A program made the translations under genes and the position numbers. Shown piece by piece: positions 50,255 to 60,700 of a stretch of DNA of 64,000 nucleotides (positions within the stretch are counted from its first letter, which is position 1; every line of letters begins with the position of its first letter). This DNA is from Gekko japonicus. Taxonomy: Eukaryota. The stretch spans positions 1,413,971 to 1,477,970 of the forward strand of contig NW_015164666.1 in NCBI RefSeq assembly GCF_001447785.1, given 5' to 3'. The notes under the pieces were generated by a model. That model had not been told where the DNA came from, did no database searches, and saw nothing but the letters and a program-made list of their open reading frames with translations.

Positions 50255-51896
50255 ATAGCGGGGGTGGCAAAACTTGCTTAACGTAAGAGCCACATAGAAT
50301 AAACATCAGATGTTTGAGAACTGCAAGACATGAACAAATATTACATGTTTTTATTGGAAAATATGCAAATTTGCTTTTTATTAATATTAAACAAGGCTGC
50401 CAAAAATAAAAACAAAAGTGGTAAAAGCAGATATTGATAATGATATTTATTTGTCCAATGATATTTGTTTGCTTAAGGTCCCGTTCACACGAGGGGATTT
50501 GGGCCGGGAGCAGGACGGTTCGGAGGCGGAGCAAACGGCCGTGATCACACCACAACATCTGGGAAGCATAGTGCTTCCGTCCCCGAACTGGTCCATCCAC
50601 ACGATAAGCCGCATCAAGTTGGAACCACCTACCGAGGTGGTTCATCTCAATGGTGCGCCGCAAACCGGGAGTCTGATCGCCGGCGTGTCCTTGCGCCGGC
50701 GCGATCGTGCCGGGGAGAAAAGGCGGTGCGGCCAGGGGATCCGTGGGATCCCGCCGCGCCGTGTCAACTTTGGCACGCCTTTTAAAAGCCACGCTTTTTG
50801 GCGGCTTTTCCCTGCCGTGTGGACGGGGCCATAGATATTTATCTGTCTGAATGAGAGAGAGGTGGAAAGAATGAAAGAGGTGGCAAGAAATAGAGAGAAA
50901 CAGAAAGCAAATAGGTGGGGAGGGAGGGAGGAAGACAGTGGGAAAGAAAAGGAAAAAGAGAAAGGTGGAAAGAAAGAATATAGATGGGGAGGGAGGGAAA
51001 GAAAGCAAAAAATGGTCGAGGGAAGGGGAGGAAGGAAGAGAGAAAGAAAAAGCAAATAGATGGGGGGAGGAAGGATGGAAGGGAGAAAGATAAAGGTGGA
51101 AAGAATTTAAGAGGTGGAAAGAAAGAAGGAGAAAGAGCAAATAGATGGGAAGGGACAGGAAGGAAAGGAGAAAGACAGAGAGAAAGAAAGAAAGAAGATG
51201 GGGGGAGGGAGCAAGAGAGATGGAAAGAAAGCAAATATATGGGGAGGGAGGGAGAGGTGGAAAGAAAGCAACTTTAAATGTGTTCTCCAACCCACGCTGC
51301 CACGCCGGCCAGCTTGGTGAAGGGATTTAACTTATTTAAATTGAACTTATAAAATTTAAAAAGAGAAGTGCCTTCTCCAAGCTGGTGGGTGGGGCCATGG
51401 GGCAGGGTCTTGGAGAACACCTTTAACTTTAAATGGGGGTGGAGTTTGAAGAATACATTTAACTTTAGATGGAGATAGAAAGAGCCCCCTGCCCCTGCTG
51501 CCATGCCAGCTTGGCTTGGAGAACAGATTTAAAGAGACTAATGCCTTCTCCCAGCCAAGCCAGCTGGTGTGGTGGAAGGGTGGGGTTTGGAGAACACATT
51601 TAACTTTAGATAGGGGGAGAGAGAGAGAGAGAAAACAACTTTAAATGCATCCTCCAAGGCCTTCAAGCTGGGGGGGGGCTTTGACAACACATTTAAAGTT
51701 AAAATTGCTTTCATTCTCTGTTCCACCACCACCACCACCTCAAACCTACCTAGGGAGGGGAACACTGAATGAGGAAGGGAAGACCAATCTGGGAGGCATA
51801 CCTCCCCTTTGCTTTCCCAGCTACCCCACCAGAAGCTGCACAATATGTGTGAAAGAGATGCTTGTGGCTCCTGAGCCTCAGGTTGGCCACCCCTGG
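50255..51896. mobile_element. Long hAT-type element (same ends as 47379-47639) with purine-rich low-complexity interior
   Basis: GGGGTGGCAAAACTTGCTTAACGTAAGAGCCAC...GGTTGGCCACCCCTG; recurrent GGAGAACACATTTAA motifs. Confidence 0.75.
50477..50830. mobile_element. CpG-rich PIF/Harbinger-like MITE nested in the hAT element
   Basis: TIRs GGTCCCGTTCACACG...CGTGTGGACGGGGCC in an A/T context. Confidence 0.7.
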
Positions 51897-51994
51897 CCTT
51901 TTTCTTTAAGCAACAGATTCCTTCAGTGGCTGTTGCTAGACATCCACAGTTTTACAGGTTTCCATTTTTGTGAGTAAAAATGTAGGGGGAGGTG

Positions 51995-53385
51995 GCAAGG
52001 CCCTTTCCAGACCTATTTTGGCCTCTGCAAGAGAAATCATTGGGGCCAGGCCTGGCTCATGTTGCCAGCTCCAGGGTGGAAAATTCCTGTAGATTTTGCT
52101 GTAGAGTCTGAGGAGGACAGGGTTTGGGGAGGGGAGAGGAGAGGCCACAGCTGAATCTAATGCCATAGAGTCCACTCTCCAAAGCAGGCATTTTATCCAG
52201 GGGGGCAGATCTCTGCTGTCTGGAGTTCTGTTGTAATTCTGAGATATTTCCAGATCCCACCTGGAGGTGGCAACCCTAGGCCTGGAAGCAAACTCTGGGT
52301 GACTTGATAACACCCGACTTTATGAATGAACTAGGTCTGGCTGTTTACTATTGTTCAACAGCAGCCACCCCATGAAAGCCACTGTGGTGTAGTGGTTAGA
52401 GCTTCAGAGTATGGCTTCTGAGACCCAGGTTCAAATCCCATCTTGCTGTGGAAGCTCACTGGGTGATTTTGGACCAGCCACATACCGTACTTTCAGCCTA
52501 ACCTACCTCACAGAGTTGTTGTATGGATAAAAAGAAGAGAATTATGTAAGCTGCTTTCATCCCTGCTGTGGAGAAAGGTAAGAGTATCAGTGAAGTTAAT
52601 AAAGAATAAATATAGCTGAAGATGGGAGGCAGATAAAAGGTAGGTTGGTGAATGGCTGAGGAGGAGATAATGAGGCAAGGAGAGGGTACGGGGATTGCCA
52701 AGAGGAGGGAGAGCAGTTAGGAAATTGGGGAAGAGGGGCTGGGGAGGGTGGGTTGAGGAGGAGAGGGACCTCAGAGAAGTATAATGCCATAGACTTCACC
52801 CTCCAAAGCAGCATTTCTTCCAGGGGAAATAGGGTTGCCAGCCTCCAGGTGGGGACTGGAAATTAACACCCAGAATTACAGCTGCTCTCCAGATGCCAGA
52901 GATCAGTTCCCCTAGAGAAAATGGCTGCTTTGGAGAGTGGGCTTTATGGCATTTTACCCTGCTAAGATTGCTTTCCTTCCCAAAGCTCCACCCCCAAATC
53001 TCCAGGGAAGAAGAAAATATTGGATTTATACTCTGCCTTTCACTACTTGAAGGAGTCTCAGAGCAGTTTACAATCTCCCCTCCCCACCCCCAGACACCCT
53101 GTTAGATAGGTGGCGCTGAGAGAGAACTTTTGAGAACTGGTCTTGAGAGAACAGCTCTGAAAGAATTTATAATTGCCCCAAGGTCACACCACAGCAGCTG
53201 CATGTGAAGGAGTGGGGAATCAAACCTGGTTCTCCCAGATTAGAGTCCGCGCTCATAACCACTACACCAAACTGGGATTTCCCAACCTTAATCTGGCAAC
53301 CCTAAAGGGAACTGATCTTGGTAGCTGGGAGATCTGTTGTGATTTCAGGAGATCTCCAGACCCCATCCAGAGGTTGACAATCCTA
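51995..53385. mobile_element. Nested cluster of GGGTTGCCA-type MITEs and tRNA-derived SINEs (52377-52610 +; 53007-53275 -)
   Basis: Homology to the other copies in the window. Confidence 0.8.
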
Positions 53386-54008
53386 GGAGAGAAGGAAACA
53401 GGAAAAGAGGAGATATACTATGGAGGCTTTCAGGAAAGAGGAAATAGTGGGTTCCCAGTTGTACACTTTATAGTGGTCCAGACAGCAATGTTAACAATCT
53501 GCTGTTCTCCTGATTTCCCCATAATGGTCTTTTATTGTTGCTTTTGTGTTGAACACAAGTACAATTTCTGGAGTTTGTGGACAGTCCGTGCTACTGTTTC
53601 CCCATATTCTCAGGATAATGTGTTTTGGCATCTCAGAAAATAGTTTTGGTTGTTAGCCTCTGACCCGTCTGCTATGATTGCCAGTTAAAAATAATTATTA
53701 GTATAATATTTCCACGATTTCAGCATTTCACAATGCTTCCATTTCCACAATCAGGTGCTAATCGTATGTACTGTTTGGTGGGGCACAGGCCCAGATGTGG
53801 CCTGACAGCACATGGAGGATGTGTGAGGAAAATGAGAAAATTCTGCAGTGGAGTAGTAAAAGTCCCAAGTAGCTCAAAGGTGGGGGGAATGAGAAAGTTC
53901 ACCTCTGCCAACATCAGGAAGCAGATTCAGGTAACATAACAAACTTCCCAGGAGGTGAACTAGTTCGATATCCACCGATGAGTGGATCCTGTTCTAACTA
54001 GATGCAGG

Positions 54009-54354
54009 CAGGGGTCATTTCCTGCAGTACCAGGGGGCGGGCACATGCAACAAGCCCTGTCCCCTGCAGCTCTCAGTCAGAGCAAGCAGGTAAGTTGCAG
54101 ACCCCCCCCCCCGTCCAAAACAGTCCAGTGGCACCTTTAAGACCAAGCTTTATTCAGGTACAAGCTCTCCCTCCTCTTCCAGGACAAATCTGCACGCCCC
54201 CCCCCCCTCTATAGCTAGCAATCCAAAACAGTCCAGTGGAAACTGAGCGTGGATGTTGCCTTCCGGTACACTTCCGGTGACGTCAGGGGGCGTGGCATAT
54301 CCAAATAAGTTATGCTAATGAGCTCCTGCACCTCTTTTTCTACAAATGACCCAT
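54009..54354. mobile_element. hAT-like MITE
   Basis: TIR CAGGGGTCATTT...AAATGACCCATG; flanks GATGCAGG/GATGCAAT. Confidence 0.75.
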
Positions 54355-54479
54355 GGATGCAATGCAAGTAATGATGGAACGATTTCATTGCAGAAAATAG
54401 CCCCAGTGTGGAACAGCCCTCACAGTGCAACCCTAAATTGTTGTTTTAGGATTCCGCTGTTATCCTCGCTCTAATTTGT

Positions 54480-55330
54480 TTTTAAACGCTTCATCCCCGA
54501 TATGACCGATTTCCGGTACGCGCTAGCGGCCAGTGGAATGCACTGAGCACTTTCCCAGGGGCAATTTTCTCTATTCTGACCTTCCAGGGCTTGAATGTCT
54601 GGCGTTGAAGACAGATGCCAGCGTAGACCCCAGTCCCCAGTTCAATTTAAAGCCAAGGTTGACGTTTGCGGGGCCGTGAAAAGGCAAAGGAGCCTGAATT
54701 TAACCAATAACTCATACCGAGGCCTATTGTGAAGCACGGAGAGGATGCGGCGTGCCTGGCGCACGCGCACTAGGCTCCGTTTTGAACGGAACAGAAACAA
54801 AACCAAGTGAAGCGGCCCTTCAGGAAACGGGTGGGTGTGCTTGGGTTTTGTTTTCGTGTATTAGGGTTCACGCGAACGGAGAGACGGCGCATGCGCCAGT
54901 TTCTGTACAGGCAAGCGGTCAATCAAGGGTGGTCGATTCCCCTCCTTTAATTCCGAGCAGCTCCGCTTCTACTGCGGTTGGATTTTTAATCCCTTATCTC
55001 TGGGTGTGGCAGCGGACTCGACTCGTCAAACCTCGGTTCCCGCGAGTGCTTTTCTTGGGCGGTCCGGAGACGTGGAAGTGTCCGCGACGGTGTGAAGGAA
55101 GCCGATGTACAGCCAGAGGAGTTCCTCCGCGGGCGCCCAACCTCCCGCTCGAGGTGAGTCACTATCCAAAACGTCCCTTGATTCCTCCGCGGTCCGTAGC
55201 TGGCAACTCAAATATGCTACTCCCATTGGACAGAGCTTTGCCTTTTGCGTCGATATGAACATTCTGTTGCGTTTCTTCTGCGGTGGTTCTTTCGCACACG
55301 CAAGGCCGTGCGCAGCTTCTGGATGCTGCT
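54480..55330 (+). promoter_or_regulatory. CpG island / ZUP1 promoter and exon 1
   Basis: CpG-rich; NRF1-type palindrome GCGCATGCGC at 54887-54896; GGAAGTG ETS-like motif at 55074-55080; strong donor GAG|GTGAGT at 55153/55154. Confidence 0.82.
55105..55153 (+). CDS. ZUP1: ZUP1 exon 1, candidate coding part (MYSQRSSSAGAQPPAR)
   Basis: ATG 55105 to donor = 49 nt (phase 1), in frame with the next exon. Kozak context is weak, so this could be 5' UTR with initiation at 55690. Confidence 0.5.
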
Positions 55331-57753
55331 GCAGGCAATCTGCATGTGCAAACCGAGCCTCCTCCTAGTGGTGGTGTCCTCTCACCCTGAACCCCTGCTT
55401 CCAATGCAGGGCAGCCCAGTAGCTTGGTGTTCAATTGGAAGGAAGCCCAACACTGTTTACTATGGCTTACTTCTAGATAAATGTACATAGGATTGTGGAC
55501 TCTGGTACCAATTTCCTATCCATCTTTACTGGAAACAAAATCCCACTTAATTTGATGTTGGGATCCCCTTTTTCCCCTCTGAGCAGGGGATATGACAGCT
55601 GATCTTTAAAAAAAACTGTTAACAAATGGTAATCTGACTAGTTGTTCACTTAATCTGATCCCCCCTTTCCCTCAGAAAATGATCAAGAGATGTATGAATG
55701 TCCAATGTGTCACCTTGTTTGTACTGACTATCCAGTTCTACAAGAACATGTTGAATTACACTTGGAGGAATCCAGTTTTTTAGAAGGTAAGGGGGAAGAA
55801 TCCAAAATATGAAAGGTACTTTGTTGTTTTTTTTATTTAAAACATTCTGACATTCAGGATTTAATGACGATTTAAAATATTCTGTCATTCTTCTTGATTT
55901 TATTTACATATTGTGGAAAAATGAAATCCCCTAATGTAAACTTTGATTGTTCCGTTAACATATTTTATTTATTTATTATCAAATTTATACCCTGCCCTCC
56001 CAGCCAAGGCCGGCTCATAAAACCGTTGAAGCTGGGGGGGGAATCCACCAGCAGCACCAAGATAATCTTGTGTAGCCCTTTCCTTCTAGGAAAATTTTTG
56101 AAAATGTCATAGATATATTAATGTAATATGATTCTTGAAAATCTCTAATCTGCATTGTCATACATTCTCAGCTTTCTGAAATCTAATAGAATTTCTGTTA
56201 TAAAATATAGCATATTGTAACAGATAATTGGGCATCCAGCTTGTCAAAAATATTTAGTTGGTTGACCAGTTAAATATTTTTAAAGCATTCCTTTTGCTGC
56301 CCCATACAGTGATTAATATCAACATGCTAGTTACAAAAAAGCTAATACTTTCATTACCAGTTACCTTTTAAAATAATTATTGTAACTTTTAACATTGTTA
56401 AGTAAAGTTTGTATAGATTTGAATTACTCATTGTATAACTCCTCTTTGGCTGGTACACTGGGGTCAGCCTGCCGTTAGAATATTTTACTAATGAAATTAA
56501 CATGGAAATAAAATAACAGAAGTTATTAGACCATTTTTATTACTAGAAATTTTGCTGTAACAACATTTCAAGTACTCAGATACCCACTAACTGGTATTCT
56601 TAGAATATTTTGATTGTGGTCAAACAGTAGGTGGTCACTTGCCATCCCTACTGCAGACCAATTAAGTGAAACTTTATTTATTGGAACCATCTTTTGTTGT
56701 ATATTATAGGAAGAAACTTGCATGATCTAGAATTGGCTCAGCATATCCAGAATGAGGAAGTGAGGCAGCGAAGAGAAGCTTCAAGACGAGAGAGAGAAGA
56801 TTTTCAGAAGCTGCAAGTATGATCACATTGGTCTAACTGCTAGATGTATTAGATCAGGGGTGTTGAATTCATTTGTTACGAGGGCCAGATCTGACATAAA
56901 TGTCACTGTGTCGGGCCGGGCCATGTGTGCCATGAAATGTAACACAAGGTACTGGAGATATAAAGTTTATAAAGATGACTTCAGATGCCGGATGGCAATA
57001 GCAGGCATGATTGGATTAGGTGTGATATGCAGACGGGTGGAAATGTCAGCATTGGTGTGATATACAGAGGCTTGGAGAGATCAGCATTGGTAATGAGACA
57101 GGAAACCTAGGTCTCAAGTTGGTAAAGGAGGATTCAGTCCAGGAAGAGGCAAAGAATAAATGGAAATAAGTCTGAAGAACTGAGCAGTGACTCACAAAAG
57201 CACATACCCTGCCACAATTTTGTTAGTCTTTAAAGGTACAACTGGACTCTTTTTCTATACTATTAGAAACCACAACATGCAAAAACCAACGGGGGAACAT
57301 TTTAACCTTCCAAGAATCCAGAGCATTCATTTGCTGACCTAAGAATAGCAGTTCTCTTACAAAAGAATTTCTAAGGGAGATTAGAAACCACAACATGCAA
57401 AAACCAACGGGGGAACATTTTAACCTTCCAAGAATCCAGAGCATTCATTTGCTGACCTAAGAATAGCAGTTCTCTTACAAAAGAATTTCTAAGGGAGATT
57501 AGAAAAAGAGAGTGCTGAATTGCAACTGATCATGAAGCTCAAGACAATGCAGACTACTGGACTGAATTGAGACCTAGGTTTCTTTTCTCATTACCAATGC
57601 CTGCTATTGTCATTTGGCGTCTGAAATCACTTTCCAAGATATAAGGACAGATGGACTCACATTCCAGCTGTATCTGAAGAAGTGAGCAATGATTCATGAA
57701 AGCTCGTGCTTACCCACAAAACCCTATATCTGGAATAAAACGTTTTTGGTCTC

Positions 57754-57786
<33 letters not shown>

Positions 57787-60700
57787 GACAAAGAAAGGTA
57801 TGTGCACACAAAACCTTTGCTGGTCTTCTTAAAAGTCCCACAAGATGCCATTTCCCCCCCTCTCTCCGTCTCTTTCCTTCCCCCTCCCTCCCCAGAGCAA
57901 AGCAGGAAATAGGAGAGACTGGGGGAAAGGAGCTGCGATGTTAGAAGCAGGAAACAGCACAGAGTCAGTTGCTCTCAGGCCGGATTGTGGCCTTCCAGGG
58001 GCCGCATGTGGCCTATGGGCCATCTGTTTGATACTCCTGTATTAGATGCCTTATTTGCTATGGCGTTTTACTTTAGTACTGTCTTCAGAGAAGTTGAGAG
58101 GTCATGCTGCTTTATAAATGTGCAGTACACTACTTGTGTTTGCACAGTTCTATCAGATGGTTATTAAGCTCTTGGTAGCAGTCGGTGGAGCAAAGGGTGC
58201 ATCTCTCTAATTAGGATGCAGAGTTACCCCAGTCTAAACCCTTTGATTTCAGAGAGCTAACACTGGAGTAACTCTGCAAAGGATTGTATTGACAGTAAGC
58301 CACAATATTACAGGGGAGATGGCTTATTTGTTTCATTGTTGTTGTTAAATCACTTCTTAATAGAGAGTTAATGAATTTATTTCAGAAACCTCTTCTCTGA
58401 AAATTTCTTCATATTCTCTAAATACATGAATATTTGACATCTGTGTAACATCTAGTGTTCCCTCTAAGTTGAGTTAGTGTGAGCTAGCTCACAGTGTTTT
58501 AGCCTTTGGCTCACACATTGTTGTCTTTGCTCAGGAAGGACGGCTCCAGAGCAAACTAATTTATGCAGTAGCCAAATTGCTCACTATAAGGCCTCTAAAA
58601 GATACTCAGTCCTCCTCATAGCTCCAATTGGATTTTCTTCTCAGTTGAAACCTCCTCTTTTCACCCTTACAGTGTATAGCACTTAATATGATAGTTCCCA
58701 TGCAGTTGGTAAAAGCCACAAACCATGCCATCCCACAGACATGAGAGGATATTTTCCTCTTTAGGTGCTCCCCAGGTATGCAAAATATGACTTGGTAAGT
58801 TAAGAACAAATACCCTCATGTAAGCCTGATGGAGACTGAAAATGTTTCAAAAAGCACCTAAAAGTTAAGTGTCAGTCAGAGAAAATGCAGTGAGGGTGAG
58901 ATTGGCTTGCTTGAAAGTTTATGAAGACCCTCTGGAGGGGTGGGATTATTCTTCTTTTCCATGATTCCTTGCAGCCCCCCAAACTTATGTACTTGAATAA
59001 AATAACTGTGTTTTGATTGGTTCATTTATCTTTGTTACAGTCCTGTCAGCAAACAGTGAGTTATCCTCATAATAAAAGGTTGTCAGTTTTGCCTGATGTG
59101 TGGCATTCTTCCTGCCCAGTCTCACCCGGTCACCTCTCTGCCATCTTGCCACGAGCCCTGTATCCTCCCTAGGCTTCAATTAGAAGCAGCGGGAGTTCTT
59201 TCACCTTATTGCTCTCTTCCACAGGCAGCAGCTATCACAGCCTTGAGCTGAGCCTCCATCTCCTCCCAGTCCATTATCAGGAGTCTCCCTTTTAACCTCT
59301 GCTGTCTCCTTCCCAACTGGCACCCAATCCCAGGGCAGGTTCTGGCCTAAGAGACCAGTGGCCTTCATTATCCCTTTCCCTTGCCAACACCTGGTCCTTG
59401 CCCTGCCCTTCTCTGACTCCTTTCCACAACCAGGCTGGATAGCCAGAGGGCTACTGGGTCTCTGGGCCCTTCTTACCCTGCTGTGAGCCTGTCCTCCCAT
59501 TGCTTTCAGCAAGCTTGCCCTTCTGCCTGAACTGTCCCCCACTGGAGCCTGACCCCATGGCATCATGCCCACCCCTGCCAGACTGGGCCTGCCCCAGCAG
59601 TCTTGCTGCTGGCCTTGTTGAGTGAGGCTCCCCTCAGCTGTTTCAACCTTTTCCCTCCCCTCAGGGCACTGGAAAGAACGTGCCTAGGTAAGTCTTTGGC
59701 AGCGTGAGCAGAGGAGGCACCCCCCAGTCCAGAGCTATCTCCAGACAGCATACTGGGCTGGCCGGCCTGTACTCTTGGTTTTGGGCCTTTTGACTGCCTC
59801 TACTTACAGCTTCCCATAATCTCCACCTTATGAAAGGACTGTCCTACAGGTATGCATAAAGAAGTTTCAAATAGGACAGGAAGACAGATGTTACATATAG
59901 AATTCTCTTTTAAAAATGGTGAATATTAACTCATCTTTATTCTTTGAGCAGAAGTTAACAGAGTTTCCGTGTTCCACAATATCCTATCAAGCTAGTTTTC
60001 AGTAACTGGAAGTTGGCTGCAAGTTATATCAATCTAAGGTGAAATCAGAAACAGGTCAGCCTCCATTGTAATGTAAAATATTACATGGTGGTATTATACA
60101 GGGATCTTTGTTTACTATAGAAAAATTATTAAGATTCTAGTAATAAATCCATATAATAACAGAAGTTCCAAAATGTCTGTCGTGTTCAGAAATATAATGT
60201 GGGTCATTTTGATATGCTAGGCTAGGCACAGATAACTATTGATATTTGTTGTGATGGACAAATGGCAGTTCCTACCAACAGAGAGACTGAATATGAATGC
60301 TTAACTTTACCATTTTTTTCCTCTCTCACTTTGAAATATTTGTATAACTTTTAGTTGAACAGAATCTGTATAGAAAAATAAGGGCTTAGTTTTACAATGA
60401 ATTATTAAATGAAGTGGTACTTGCTAATGCCAATAACTGATACAGTGTGCCTGTTAAATTATGTATTTTGTTTGTTCAATATTCATACAAACTATTGTAA
60501 TTTATCCTTACCAGAGACAATATGGCGTGGATGGTTCTGGTGGGTACAAGCAGCAGTCATTGAAGAACATGGAAAAGGAAGTAGCTCGGGGAAGAATGAA
60601 GCCTTCTGAGTATCATAAGAGAAAAGCTGACATGATGGAATCTTTGGCTTTTGGCATTGATGATTTAAAGACACGGACTTCAGGTCAGTAGTGCAGAGAA

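Larger units (their letters stand above)
56975..57752 (+). mobile_element. Penelope-like retroelement remnant (GIY-YIG C-terminus, inverted partial repeat, hammerhead motifs)
   Basis: Translation IRNHNMQKPTGEHFNLP...AVLLQKNF*GRLEKESAELQLIMKLKTMQTTGLN*DLGFFSHYQC; about 56977-57117 is inverted relative to about 57567-57632. Confidence 0.8.
56855..58039. mobile_element. hAT element with perfect 8-bp TSD, containing a nested Penelope insertion
   Basis: TATTAGAT at 56847-56854 and 58040-58047; ends CAGGGGTGTTGAA...TTTGATACTCCTG. Confidence 0.88.

Noticed and set aside
50253-51330. Long ORFs (up to 345 aa) on both strands
   Set aside because: Low-complexity translations of a purine-rich tract inside a DNA transposon; no domain or splice support.
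46600-55100. Single bidirectional promoter for KPNA5 and ZUP1
   Set aside because: The two CpG islands are separated by about 7.5 kb of mostly repeats, so they are separate promoters.
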